A stretch of DNA of 64,000 nt, from assembly GCA_963728425.1 (NCBI GenBank), contig CAVSKC010000012.1:4504-68503 (forward strand), given 5' to 3'. Shown here one piece after another: positions 38,551-49,275 of the stretch; the stretch's first letter is position 1, and every line of letters begins with the position of its first letter. This stretch comes from an uncultured Actinomycetota bacterium. Its GTDB lineage: Bacteria; Actinomycetota; Actinomycetes; JACCUZ01. The notes below the pieces were generated by a model. That model saw only the letters and a program-made list of their open reading frames with translations. It had not been told where the DNA came from and did no database searches. Position numbers and translations under genes: made by a program.

Positions 38551-40236
38551 TCAGAAGGGTGGGATGTCGTCCTGGGGTGACCCCGCCGGTGGCGGGGTGT
38601 CGGGGCGGGGACCGTCTCGGTCGTGTCGCGCTTGTCGTTCGGCGTCGAGGAGTCGGCGCAGGGCGGCGCGGAGGGGTTCGGGGTCGAGGTCGGGGTGGTC
38701 GATCAGTTGGTGGGGTGGCACCCGGTAGACCCGTCCGGAGGGCAGGGTCCAGACGGTGGTGCCGTCGGGCTCGGTGATGACGGTGGTGTCGGTGTGGGTC
38801 TTCACGTCGTGGTGACGCTGGTGCAGGGAGTGCAGGTTGGTGATCGCGGTCGGCCCGACCGGCCACGGCACCTCGTGGTCCAGGTCGCACGCGTTGGCCG
38901 GCATCCGGCAGCCGATGCCGCGGCAGGTGCCGTCCCTGGTGACCACGTGGTCGACCATGTCCTGCGGCGGGGCGTAGCTGTCGGCCGAGACCTCGTCCAG
39001 CCGGCCGGTCCGCGGGTCGGTCAGCAGCCGGCGCCACTGGCCGTCGGCGGCGATCCGCCGGGCCAGCGGCGCGGTGACCGGGCCGACCCCGGACAGCTCG
39101 CCGGGCTCCTCGTCCAGCCCGAGCAGCGTGCTGACGGCCACCACGACCCCGATCTGGGGTCGGCGGCCCTGCCGCTTCGGCAGCGGCGCCCCGGTGTCGG
39201 TCAGCGACAGGTCCAGCCCGCGGGCGGCCATGTCGGCCAGCACGTCCGAGCGGATCTGGTCCAGGGTCCGGTCATCCACCCCGCGCGGGCCTTGTGCGGC
39301 CAGCGCGCAGTGGGTCAGCCACAGCCAGAATCCTTCGATCTCCTCATCCGAGGCCTGCCACTGCATGATCGACCCGTTGTCGGCGTCCTGCCACCGGGAC
39401 ACCCCGCGGGCGGCGGCCTTGGCCAGTCGGCGGGCCTCGGCGGCGGCCGGGTCGGCGGCGATCACGGCCCGGGCCAGGCAGGCCTTCAGGTTCGGCAGCG
39501 TCTGGGTAGGTGCCCGGCCCAGCACCCGGGCCTCCACCGCCGCGGCCGCCGCATCCGACAGCGGCGCGACCGCCTCGACGATCGCCTTCACCTTGGCCAG
39601 GTCGATCCGGCCGCCGGCCAGCGCCAGCCGGGTCCCCGGCAGCCGGGCCAGGTCCCCGGCGCGGTCGACCCGGTCGTCCGCGGCCCGCGCCGACACCCCC
39701 AGCGCGGCGGCGACCTCCAGGCCGGCCAGATCCTGCGCCGTCAGCAACGGCTTGACCACCCCGGCCAGCGGGCCGACCCCGCGCCAGCGCTCGGCCCGGG
39801 CGGTCAGCTCCGCCGTGGCGGCGACCTCCCGGCCGGCCGCCCAGGCCGCCAACCGGGACGCCGCCGCCACCGCGGCCACCACATCCCCGTCCGACACCGC
39901 AGCAGCCGTCAGGTCGATCGCGCCCAGCGCGGTCGCGACCGCCGGGCCGTCCAGGTCCCCGGCCGGCACCGGCGCCCCCGCCACCCGCAACACCCCCAGC
40001 GGATCGCCAGGCGGGTCGCTGGCCGGGTCACTGGGCGCTTCGGTGGGCGGGTCGAACGGATCCTCGGGCGGCCCCTCGGCTGGCTCGGGCGGGCCCTCGG
40101 CCAGCACCGCGGCCAGGATCAGGTCCCAGGCCTGGGCCAGCGGATCCACCGGCAGCGCGGGCAGCTCAACCTGCTCGACGGGGGCGACCGGTGCCGGCGC
40201 GGGAGCGTCCCGCAGGTCTGCGGTCACGGCGGTCAC
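38551..40236 (-). CDS. DUF222 / HNH endonuclease-signature protein (13E12-like)
   Basis: RTLDQIRSDVL, EPGELSGVGP, RRLLTDP, RD..CR..GC......CDLDH..PW..GPT...NL..L...HH..K. Confidence 0.88.
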   Translation of the reverse strand: MTAVTADLRDAPAPAPVAPVEQVELPALPVDPLAQAWDLILAAVLAEGPPEPAEGPPEDPFDPPTEAPSDPASDPPGDPLGVLRVAGAPVPAGDLDGPAVATALGAIDLTAAAVSDGDVVAAVAAASRLAAWAAGREVAATAELTARAERWRGVGPLAGVVKPLLTAQDLAGLEVAAALGVSARAADDRVDRAGDLARLPGTRLALAGGRIDLAKVKAIVEAVAPLSDAAAAAVEARVLGRAPTQTLPNLKACLARAVIAADPAAAEARRLAKAAARGVSRWQDADNGSIMQWQASDEEIEGFWLWLTHCALAAQGPRGVDDRTLDQIRSDVLADMAARGLDLSLTDTGAPLPKRQGRRPQIGVVVAVSTLLGLDEEPGELSGVGPVTAPLARRIAADGQWRRLLTDPRTGRLDEVSADSYAPPQDMVDHVVTRDGTCRGIGCRMPANACDLDHEVPWPVGPTAITNLHSLHQRHHDVKTHTDTTVITEPDGTTVWTLPSGRVYRVPPHQLIDHPDLDPEPLRAALRRLLDAERQARHDRDGPRPDTPPPAGSPQDDIPPF

Positions 40237-40251
40237 CTCCCGACGTACGCT

Positions 40252-40267
40252 TCGAACATGTGTTCGA
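40252..40267. promoter_or_regulatory. LexA (SOS) box
   Basis: TCGAAC-ATGT-GTTCGA, perfect actinobacterial consensus, lying between -10 TAGACT and the RBS of the DUF222 gene. Confidence 0.9.
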
Positions 40268-40356
40268 AGTCTACCTCATGGAACGACACCAAGGGAAGGG
40301 CTGTGCACAGCGAAAAAACCGTTGCCCATCAACGTTTCCAGCCGATGAAGACGCGG

Positions 40357-41049
40357 TCAGCCGCGCGGGCCTCGCGGCATCCGGGCGCTGCGCGGCATCG
40401 GGCCCTTGGGGATCGGCAGGTTCATCGAGCCGAGCGCCTTCAGCCGGCGGTTGACCTCGATCACCTGATGCTGCTTGAGGTTGCGCGGCAGCTTCATCAG
40501 GTGGTTGTTGAGCTTTCGCAGCGGGACCTGGCCGGTGTCGTTGCCGGCCTGCACGTCGTAGATCGGCACGTCCGGCACGAACCGCGCCACCTTCTTCTTC
40601 TCGGTGACGATCAGCGCCTGCACCCGGCTGGGGGAGCCCTCGCCGACCAGCACCACGCCGGCCCGGCCCACGGCCCGGTGCACGATGTCCTGGTTGCGGC
40701 TCATCGCGACGGCGGGCGTGACGGTCCAGCCCTTGCGCAGCATGTTCAGGGCGGCGGCGGCCGCGCCCGGCTGCCCGTCCACCTGCGAGAACGCAGCCTT
40801 CTCGGCCCGCTTGCCGAAGACGATGGTGGCGGCCAGGACGGCAAGCATCAGGCCGAGGAACCCCGCGTAGATCGGGTGCCCGATCAGGAACCCGATGGCC
40901 ACCGCCACGGCCAGCACGAGGAACCCCGTCGCGAACGTGACCCACCCGACGGCCGAGTCGACCTTGCGGGTCATCGTGTAGGCGGACCGGATCTGCTTGA
41001 GCCGGCCCTGCTTCGCCGGCGCCTCGTCCGGGGTGTCCTTGCGTGCCAT
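40357..41049 (-). CDS. DUF4191 family protein
   Basis: Two TM segments, GQPGAA, VHRAVGRAGVVLVGEG, GQVPL, PIPKGP; conserved position near lipA. Confidence 0.9.
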   Translation of the reverse strand: MARKDTPDEAPAKQGRLKQIRSAYTMTRKVDSAVGWVTFATGFLVLAVAVAIGFLIGHPIYAGFLGLMLAVLAATIVFGKRAEKAAFSQVDGQPGAAAAALNMLRKGWTVTPAVAMSRNQDIVHRAVGRAGVVLVGEGSPSRVQALIVTEKKKVARFVPDVPIYDVQAGNDTGQVPLRKLNNHLMKLPRNLKQHQVIEVNRRLKALGSMNLPIPKGPMPRSARMPRGPRG

Positions 41050-41093
41050 GTCCCGAAGGATACGGTGCTGGCCCGAGGACGAAAGGACGGGCG

Positions 41094-41840
41094 TTGCGCT
41101 ACCTCGACTTCCTGCGCGTGCTGCACGAGCGGCTGGAGCCGTCGACCTATCTCGAGGTCGGCATCCGCAACGGCAACAGCCTGGCCCTGGCTCGGTGCCG
41201 CAGCGTCGGCATCGACCCGGCGTACCAGCTGACCGCGGAGCTCGACGGCGACCTGGCCCTGTTCCGGACGATCAGCGACGAGTACTTCTCCCGGCCGGAG
41301 CCGCTGGCCCCGTTCGACGGGCGCGCGGTCGACCTCGCGTTCATCGACGGGTTGCACCTGTTCGAGTTCGCGCTGCGCGACTTCATCAACGTCGAGCGGC
41401 ACGCGAGCCCGACCGGTGTGATCGTCTTCGACGACGTGTTCCCCCGGTCGGTCGACGAGGCCGCCCGCCAGCGGCACACGAAGTCGTGGACCGGTGACGT
41501 CTACAAGGTCCTCGCGGTGCTGCAGCAGCGCCGGCCGGACCTCACCTGCCTGCGCGTGGGCACCCAGCCGACCGGCCTGCTGGTCGTGCTCGGCCTCGAC
41601 CCGACGTCCACCGTTCTGGCGGACGCCTACGACCAGATCATCGGCGACCACGTCCGCCCGGATCCGCAGGTGGTGCCGGAAGACATCCTGTCCCGGATCA
41701 CCGCGCTTCCACCGCAGCGAGTGCTCGACGCACCGATCTGGCAGCTGCTGCGGGACGGCGGCGTCGAGCTGCCGGCTCGGCTGCGCGAGGCGGTGCGAGC
41801 CAGCCTCGGAGAGCGGGCGGCCGACTCGGTCCCGGCCTGA
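41094..41840 (+). CDS. Class I SAM-dependent methyltransferase (Methyltransf_24-like)
   Basis: YLEVGIRNG, DLAFIDGLHLFE..LRDF, VFDD..P, WTGDVYK. Confidence 0.85.
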   Translation: MRYLDFLRVLHERLEPSTYLEVGIRNGNSLALARCRSVGIDPAYQLTAELDGDLALFRTISDEYFSRPEPLAPFDGRAVDLAFIDGLHLFEFALRDFINVERHASPTGVIVFDDVFPRSVDEAARQRHTKSWTGDVYKVLAVLQQRRPDLTCLRVGTQPTGLLVVLGLDPTSTVLADAYDQIIGDHVRPDPQVVPEDILSRITALPPQRVLDAPIWQLLRDGGVELPARLREAVRASLGERAADSVPA

Positions 41841-41849
41841 GGCGCCCTG

Positions 41850-43795
41850 TCAGCGCAGCGCCCGTCGGGCCGTGCGCGCCAGGACGTGGACGCCGGGCAA
41901 CCGGCCGGCCGCACGCCGCCAGCGGGGCCGCGGCGGAGACATGGCCGCCGGCGGCTTGGGCGCCTGGCGGGCCGGGGTGACCGTGCCGTCCTGACCCACC
42001 TCGAGGACGAGCTTGAGCGGGGTCCGCGTCCCGTCCAGCTGCAGCTCCAGCCGCGCGGTCCCCGGCAGCGCGCTGAACCACGACTCGACCCGCGCGGCCC
42101 CTGCCGAGGCGACGACGGTCGCAGGCAGGGGCAGTCCACCGAGCCGGAGCGCGGCCGGGCGGCTGCCGTCGCCGTCGACGTGGACGCCCGGCAGGTCGAT
42201 GACCACCCGGGCACCGGTCGCGTCGGTCGACAGGTGCACGTCCTCGGGCTGCGGAAGCGCGCGCTTGACGAGCGCCGCTTCGCGGTGGTCGACCGCGAGC
42301 GCGAGGTTGCCGCCGAGGCTGGTGTAGGGCACGACCGGAAGACCCGAGAGCAGGGCCGGCGCGGCCAGCCGATCGGGTTCGCACGCAACCCGGTCGGATG
42401 TCCCGGCGCCGAACCCGCCGGTCGACACCCGCAGGTACCAGCGGCCCGGCACCGAGCGGGCGACCGAAGTCGGCCGTCCTGGTGGCCAGCCGCACCGTCA
42501 CCGTTCCTTCGAGGCGGGCGAGATCGGTCTCGTCCTCGTCGACGAGCTGGAACGTCCCCGTGACGTCGACCGGGTGGTGGACGCCGTCGGTCTGGCGGTG
42601 CAGCAGGGCGGTCACCTGCATCTGCTCGACAGCATCGGTGAGGTCGAGCAGCTCGTCGGGCACGTCGGCCAGCGGAAACGGCAGCACCCAACGCAGCCGG
42701 TCGCCCTGCGTGGACAACCGCAACGGCTCGCCATCGGCGTACCGCAATCCCAAGGCGACCTCGACCAGCAGGTCCGCCCCCGACCACCGGGCAGATCGCA
42801 CGTACGGCGAGGCCGTCAGCCCGCGCAGAGCCCCGGCCAGGGCGAGCACGTCCGTCCGACCGCCCGGCCCGCACCAGGTGCGAGAGCAGCCGTCGCGCGG
42901 GTGGCAGGTATGCGTCGGACGCGGCGAAGCGTGTCCGGGCCAGCTCGGCCGCGTTGCGCAGCAGCGCGTCCCGGGCAGCGGGCTCCCAGCTGGCCACCGA
43001 CCGGTCGATGAACGCGAGCACCTTCGTGCTGTACGAGTAGGTGAGCAGCTTGTCGCGTTCCGGCCCCGGCGTGGTGTGCTCCTCGATGAGGTCGAGCACC
43101 TGCTCGAGAAACGGGTAGTACGTGTCCGGGTCGATCCCCGCCGAGCTGTGCTCGCGGTCGTCGTGGAACACCCAGAAGTAGCAGGGATAGTCGGCCAGCA
43201 CCGAGATCGTCGACGCGGCGAAGTAGACCGGGACGATGAACGCGTGGTCCTCGAGCCGCCGCGGCCCCTCCGGGAACCGCACCCCCGAGTCGAGCAGGAA
43301 CTGCCGCCGGAACATCTTGTGCGGCGTGCGGACGCTCCACAACGGTTCCCACGAGAGCTCGGCCTTGGGCCGGTTCTTCGCGAACAGAAGGGGTGCCAAG
43401 GGGCTACGCCCGACCCGGACCTCGCGACCGATCACCACGTCCGAGCCGTGCTGGCGGCCGTAGTCGGTCATCCGCTCGAGCGCCTCGTCGCCGAGGTGGT
43501 CGTCGTGGTCGACGAAGTAGACGAACTCCCCGCGGGCCTCGTCCAGCCCCACGTTGCGCGGCCGGCCGGGCCAGCCGGAGGCGGGGATGTGCACAGTGCG
43601 CACGTTGGGACGCGCCTCGGCGATCCGGTCCACCAGCGTCTCGGTGCCGTCGCTCGAGCCGTCGTCGACGAGGACGACCTCGAACTCCTCCGGCGGGATG
43701 CTCTGCCGGTCCAGGGAGGCGATCAGCTCGCCCAGGTGACGGCCGGAGTTGAACGTGGGGACGACCACGGTGACCCGTGGGGTGGCGCCGGTCAT
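41850..43795 (-). CDS. Glycosyltransferase family 2, frameshifted
   Basis: VVVPTFN, VDDGS, GWPGRPRNVG, FVDHDD, KMFRR, RRLED; C-terminus continues through ORFs 41698-42849 and 41850-42452. Confidence 0.85.
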
Positions 43796-43870
43796 CTGTG
43801 CACCGTAGGTGGTGGACGTGAACGGTCGGCCACCCGGTCCGGCGCTACGCGCGCGCCGGCGCGAGCTCGC

Positions 43871-44092
43871 TCAGGCGGTCGAGCGGTGGCGCTGCGCCAC
43901 GACCCGGGCCGGGGTCTGGCGCGGCGGCAGCGCGGCCAGCACCTCCGAGCCCTCCCGGGTCAGGTTGTAGCGGGCCTCCAGGGCATCCCGCGCGTTGTGG
44001 CGGGAGCCCTCGGCGAGGTGGTGGGTGGCAGCTCGTACGGCGGTGCTGACGAGCTCGGAGAAGGACGCCATCGGCGGCAATGCTCGTGTCAT
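43871..44092 (-). CDS. Small hypothetical protein
   Basis: 73-aa ORF with GAGGG RBS, fills the gap between lipA and the GT2 gene. Confidence 0.55.
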   Translation of the reverse strand: MTRALPPMASFSELVSTAVRAATHHLAEGSRHNARDALEARYNLTREGSEVLAALPPRQTPARVVAQRHRSTA

Positions 44093-44165
44093 GCCCTCTA
44101 CTTGACCCGACCGCCGTTACGGGGGTGTGTCGCGCAGGGAAAGTCCGCCGAAAACCTCGAGCCGT

Positions 44166-45113
44166 TCAGGCGGGCAGAGCCGCCCCGGCGTCGTGCCGGG
44201 CCTCGATCGCCTGCCGGTAGAGCCGGCCGGCGCGGTAGGACGAGCGGACCAGCGGCCCGGACAGCACGCCGGCGAAGCCGATCTCCTCGGCCTCGGCCTG
44301 CAGCTCGACGAACTCCTCCGGCTTCACCCAGCGGGTCACCGGGTGGTGCCGCGCCGACGGCCGCAGGTACTGGGTGATGGTGACCAGCTCGCTGCCGGCG
44401 GCGTGCAGGTCGCGCAGCGCCTGGCTGACCTCGGCTCGCTCCTCGCCCATGCCCAGGATCAGGTTCGACTTGGTCACCAGGCCGAAGTCCCGGGCAGCAG
44501 TCAGCACCCCGAGCGACCGCTCGTAGGTGAACGCGGGCCGGATCCGCTTGAAGATCCGCGGCACCGTCTCGACGTTGTGCGCCAAGACCTCGGGCCGCGA
44601 CTCGAACACCTCGGCCAGCTGCTCGGGCCGGCCGTTGAAGTCGGGGATCAGGTTCTCGACGCCGGTGCCGGGGTTCAGCTCGTGGATCGCGCGGACCGTC
44701 TCGGCGTACAGCCAGGCGCCGCCGTCCGGCAGGTCGTCGCGGGCGACGCCGGTGATGGTCGCGTAGCGCAGCCCCATCGCCTGCACCGACTCGGCCACCC
44801 GCCGCGGCTCGTCGCGGTCCAGCGGCAGGGGCTTGCCGGTGTCGATCTGGCAGAAGTCGCAGCGCCGGGTGCACTGGTCGCCGCCGATGAGGAAGGTGGC
44901 CTCGCGGTCCTCCCAGCACTCGAAGATGTTGGGGCAGCCGGCCTCCTCGCACACCGTGTGCAGGCCCTCGCGCTTCACCAGCGACTTGAGCTCGGTGTAC
45001 TCCGGCCCCATCTTCGCCCGGGTCTTGATCCACGGCGGCTTCTTCTCGATGGGGGTCTCGGCGTTGCGGACCTCGAGTCGCAGCAGCTTGCGGCCCTCCG
45101 GTGCGATCGTCAC
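44166..45113 (-). CDS. lipA: Lipoyl synthase
   Basis: [31 protein letters not shown]. Confidence 0.98.
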   Translation of the reverse strand: MTIAPEGRKLLRLEVRNAETPIEKKPPWIKTRAKMGPEYTELKSLVKREGLHTVCEEAGCPNIFECWEDREATFLIGGDQCTRRCDFCQIDTGKPLPLDRDEPRRVAESVQAMGLRYATITGVARDDLPDGGAWLYAETVRAIHELNPGTGVENLIPDFNGRPEQLAEVFESRPEVLAHNVETVPRIFKRIRPAFTYERSLGVLTAARDFGLVTKSNLILGMGEERAEVSQALRDLHAAGSELVTITQYLRPSARHHPVTRWVKPEEFVELQAEAEEIGFAGVLSGPLVRSSYRAGRLYRQAIEARHDAGAALPA

Positions 45114-45251
45114 GTCGTCCAGGGTACGTCGGGGCGTGGCGGCCCGCGGTCCCGGCCGCCACGCCGTGCTGTGATGAGCCCGTGACGGACACCGCCGCGC
45201 TGGACGCACGGATCGCCGAGGCGACGGCCCGGCTGCGGGAGCGCGCCCGGC

Positions 45252-45878
45252 TCAGCGGGACCTGAGCACCTCGGTCAACCGCTTCTCGACGTACGGCGTG
45301 ACGTCGGCGACGGTCACTACCCGGCCGGTCTCCTTGGTCAGGGACGTGACGGTGGCGTCGGTCAGGCCGCACGGGACGATCCGGTCGTACGCCGAGAGGT
45401 CCGCGTCGCAGTTGAGCGCGAAGCCGTGCATGGTGACGCCCTGCGACACCCGGATCCCGATCGCCGCGACCTTGCGGTCGATGCCGTCGCCGACCACCCA
45501 GACGCCGGACCGGCCCTCGACCCGGGTCGTCTCGACGCCGAGGTCGGCGCAGATGAGGATCAGGGCCTCCTCGACCCGCCGCACGTGCGCCACCACGTCG
45601 ACCGGGTCGGGCAGCGCGACGATCGGGTAGCCGACCAGCTGTCCCGGGCCGTGCCAGGTGATCTTGCCGCCGCGGTCGACGTCGATGACCGGGGTGCCGT
45701 CCTGCGGCCGCTCGAACGGGCTGGTGCGCTTGCCCGCGGTGTAGACCGCCGGGTGCTCCAGCAGCAGCACGGTGTCGGGCTCGGTCCCGGCGGCGACCGC
45801 CGCGTGCACCCGGCGCTGCTCGTCCCAGGCCTCCTGGTAGGGCACCAGGCCGGCGTGCACCATCCGCAGCTCGCTCAC
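45252..45878 (-). CDS. lipB: Octanoyltransferase
   Basis: [44 protein letters not shown]. Confidence 0.97.
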   Translation of the reverse strand: MSELRMVHAGLVPYQEAWDEQRRVHAAVAAGTEPDTVLLLEHPAVYTAGKRTSPFERPQDGTPVIDVDRGGKITWHGPGQLVGYPIVALPDPVDVVAHVRRVEEALILICADLGVETTRVEGRSGVWVVGDGIDRKVAAIGIRVSQGVTMHGFALNCDADLSAYDRIVPCGLTDATVTSLTKETGRVVTVADVTPYVEKRLTEVLRSR

Positions 45879-45930
45879 CGGACCAGCGTACGCGGGGACC
45901 GCCGGTGACCCTCGGTGCCAGACTGCAGCC

Positions 45931-46988
45931 ATGGCGGAGCTGCGGGTGGCCCTGGTCGGCTACGGCATGGCCGGGCGGGACTTCCACGCCCCACTGCTGC
46001 GTCAGGTCGACGGGCTGCGAGTCACGCACGTCGTGACGGGCGACCCGGAGCGGGCCGCGGCAGCCCGGGAGGAGAACCCCGGCGTTCGGGTGCTGCCGAC
46101 GGTCGAGGAGGTCTGGCCGCTGACCGGCCAGGTCGACCTGGTGGTGCTCGCGTCCCCGACCAACGTGCACGCCCAACAGGCCCGCGAAGCGCTCCGCCGC
46201 GAGCTGGCCGTCGTCGTCGACAAGCCGCTGGCCGTCACCGCCGCCGATGCCCGCGAGCTGGCCGAGCTGGCCGAGGCTCGCGGCGTGCTGCTCACGGTGT
46301 TCCACAACCGCCGCTGGTCCTCCGACCACCTCACCACCCGGGCCGTGCTGTCCTCCGGGGTCCTCGGCGAGCTGGTGCGCTACGAGGCGCGCTACGAGCG
46401 GTGGCGCCCGGTGCCGAAGGACCGCTGGCGCGAGCACTCCACCAGCGAGGAGGGCGGTGGCGTCCTGATGGACCTCCAGTCGCACCTGGTCGACGGCGCG
46501 CTGGACCTGTTCGGGCCGGCCGAGTCGGTCTACGCCGAGCTGGCGGCGATCACTACCGTCGGCGACGACGTCTCGTTCCTGGTGATCCGGCACCTCTCGG
46601 GCCTCACCAGCCACCTGGGTGCGACGTCGCTGGCGGGCGCGCCCGGCCCGCGGACCCGGCTGCTCGGCCGCGACGGCACCTACCTGGTCGCCGACATCGA
46701 CGGCGACCCCACGGCGTACGCCGCGTGGACCGACGCCGACGACGAGCACCGCGGCTGGCTGGTCTTCGGCGAGGAGGCGAGCCGGTGCGCCGGGCGGCGG
46801 GGGAGTGGGCCGACTTCTACGTCGGCGTGCGGGACGCGCTGGTCACCGGGGAGCCGCCGCCGATCCTGGCCGCCGAGGCGGTCGCCGTGATCGAGGTGCT
46901 CGACGCGGCCCGGCGGTCCGCCGCGGAGAACGTCGTTGTGCAAATCGAGCAGCCGGGCGAGCCTCTCGTGGAGCAGCGGGTTACGTGA
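45931..46988 (+). CDS. Gfo/Idh/MocA oxidoreductase, frameshift near 46780
   Basis: VGYGMAG..FH, VVDKP, FHNRRW, GG.LMDL.SH; C-terminus FY..VRDAL...EAVAVIEVL in another frame. Confidence 0.88.
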
Positions 46989-47700
46989 GCAGGCGGGGCT
47001 CGATCCGGGTCTCGAGGGCGGTGCCGTCCGGACGGCGTTCCACCACGTACGCCGCGGCGCCCGGCCGGTCCGAGACGGCCTCCACCAGCTCGGTGCCCTC
47101 GTAGACGAGTCCGACCCCGTCGTCGGTGGCGTGCGAGGTCGGCAGGGTGCCCTCGGCGACCAGCTTGTGCAGCAGCGGGCGGCGCTGGTCGTCGCTGTCG
47201 TAGTGGACGCCGTTGCCGTAAGGGAGCAGGGCCAGCCCGTTCAGGACCGGGCGGAGCTGGACGCCGAAGCTGTCGGTCGTGCCACCGACGTACCAGCAGA
47301 TCGATCCGGCGGAGACGCCGCCGAGCACGACCCCTGCCTCCCAGCACTCGCGCATCACGTCGTCCAGCCCGTGCGTGCGCCACACCGCCAGCAGGTTGGC
47401 CACCGAGCCGCCGTTGACCCAGATCACGTCCTGGGCGAGCAGGTGGGCCCGGACGTCTGACACGTTCGGCATCAGGAACAGCTCGAGGTGTGAGGCACGC
47501 ACGTCGGAGCCGGCGAACGCGCGGTAGAAGCCAGCGGTCCCGTTCAGGCTGTCGCCGGACGCGGTGCCGACGAAGCAGAACCGCGGCCGGTCGGGGTCGC
47601 CGGCGAGGTGGATCGCGTGCTCGATCAGCGGGCCGCGGCGCCACTGGAACGCGCCGAGGTCGGTCGGGAGGAAGCCGCCGGAGGTCGCGAGGATCTTCAC
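46981..47700 (-). CDS. Peptidase E (S51 family)
   Basis: TASGD, VNGG, G.SAG nucleophile, VHYD. Confidence 0.9.
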   Translation of the reverse strand: MKILATSGGFLPTDLGAFQWRRGPLIEHAIHLAGDPDRPRFCFVGTASGDSLNGTAGFYRAFAGSDVRASHLELFLMPNVSDVRAHLLAQDVIWVNGGSVANLLAVWRTHGLDDVMRECWEAGVVLGGVSAGSICWYVGGTTDSFGVQLRPVLNGLALLPYGNGVHYDSDDQRRPLLHKLVAEGTLPTSHATDDGVGLVYEGTELVEAVSDRPGAAAYVVERRPDGTALETRIEPRLLT

Positions 47701-47778
47701 TGGGCGACCCTACGTGGGGGCCGCCGCCTGTGGACAACCCGGACGGTGGACCCGGCCGTCTTTGGCAGGCTCGTTGCC

Positions 47779-49275
47779 ATGACCGAGATGCACCTGGCGG
47801 GCTTCGACGCCGTCGAGCTGCTCGGCTACGGGTCCGGCGGCGAGGTCTGGCTGGCCCGGGAGCGCGCCACCGGGCTGCCCGTCGCGCTCAAGCGGCTGCG
47901 GCCCGGCGCCGACCTGGCCGCCCGCGACCGGCTGCGCCGCGAGGCTGCGGTGCTGGCCGGCGTCGACCATCCGCACGTCGTCCGGCTGCGCTCGGTGCAC
48001 GGCGACGGCGACGCGCTCGTGCTGGTGCTCGACCTGGCGGCCGGGGGCAGCCTGGCCCGGCTGCTCGCGACCCGCCGCCGGCTCGCACCGGGCGAGGTGG
48101 TCACCATCGCGGTGCCGCTTGCACAGGCGCTCGCCGCCGTGCACGCGCAGGGGCTGGTGCACGGCGACGTCACGCCCGCCAACGTCCTGTTCGCCGCCGA
48201 CGGCCGTCCACTGCTCAGCGACCTCGGCGTCGCCCGCCTGCTCGGCACCGGCCCCGGCGAGGTCGGCGGCACCCGCGGCTACCTCGACCCGGCGGTGCTG
48301 GCCGGCGCGGCGCCCGGCCCGGCCTCCGACGTGCACGGGCTGGCCGCCACCTGCCTGGCTGCCCTCACCGGCCTTCCGCCGTACGACGAGCAGGGCCGCC
48401 GCCTTGATCCTCCCGACGGCACCCACCCGGGTCTCCGCGCGATCCTCGAGGCGGCCCTGGCGCCGGACCCGGCCGACCGCCCGACCGCCGAGGCGATGGC
48501 AGTCGCCGTCTTCGACGCCGCGGCCGCGGAGCCGGTGCGCTTCGACCGTCGGGGAGTGGTGCCCGGCGAGGGCCTGGTGCACCGGCCGGTCACGGGTCCG
48601 GTGGTTGCACCGCCGACGCACCAGGTCGGGACCGGCCCGCGAGCCCCCGACGAACCGTCAGCGGCTGCGTCTCGTGCTCGGCGTCGGTTGCGGTCACCGG
48701 TCCCGCGGCTGCGCGGCCGCGGCGCGGTCGCCGTGGCGTCCGCGGGGGTGGCGCTGACCCTGGCCGCGGTCACCGGCATCGCGTGGGCCGGTGCCGACGA
48801 GGTGCCCAGGGCGGCCGGCATCGGCGGCCGCGGGTCGACGAGCCCGAGCCAGCCGGCCACGGTGCCGGTTCAGGTGCCGGTCCCGCCGTCGGCGGCGACG
48901 GGCTGGGCGAGCACCCTCGGTGCGCTCGACCAGGCCCGGTCGGCGGCGTTCGCCCGCGGCGACCCGGCGGGGCTGCGGGCGGTCTACGCGCCCGGGGCTC
49001 CGGCGCTGCACCGGGACCAACGGGTCCTGGCGCGGCTGACGGGTGCGGGGCTGCGCGCCGAGGGCCTGCGGCTGACTGCGACCTCGGTCGCCGCAGCGGA
49101 CCGGTCCGAGGGCCGGGTGTGGCTGGCGGTCACCGACGTGATGCCGCCGTACCGGCTGGTCGACGCCGGTGGCGCCGTCGTGGCCGAGCGGCCGGGGCGC
49201 GGCGCCCGGTCGTGGACCGTCGTGCTCGCCCGTGCTGGGGGCCGGTGGCTGGTCTACGACGTGGTGCGGGGGTGA
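47779..49275 (+). CDS. Membrane Ser/Thr protein kinase
   Basis: LGYGSGGEVW, VALK, HPHVV, HGDVTPANVL, SDLG, GT.GY.DP; TM and extracellular domain. Confidence 0.88.
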   Translation: MTEMHLAGFDAVELLGYGSGGEVWLARERATGLPVALKRLRPGADLAARDRLRREAAVLAGVDHPHVVRLRSVHGDGDALVLVLDLAAGGSLARLLATRRRLAPGEVVTIAVPLAQALAAVHAQGLVHGDVTPANVLFAADGRPLLSDLGVARLLGTGPGEVGGTRGYLDPAVLAGAAPGPASDVHGLAATCLAALTGLPPYDEQGRRLDPPDGTHPGLRAILEAALAPDPADRPTAEAMAVAVFDAAAAEPVRFDRRGVVPGEGLVHRPVTGPVVAPPTHQVGTGPRAPDEPSAAASRARRRLRSPVPRLRGRGAVAVASAGVALTLAAVTGIAWAGADEVPRAAGIGGRGSTSPSQPATVPVQVPVPPSAATGWASTLGALDQARSAAFARGDPAGLRAVYAPGAPALHRDQRVLARLTGAGLRAEGLRLTATSVAAADRSEGRVWLAVTDVMPPYRLVDAGGAVVAERPGRGARSWTVVLARAGGRWLVYDVVRG

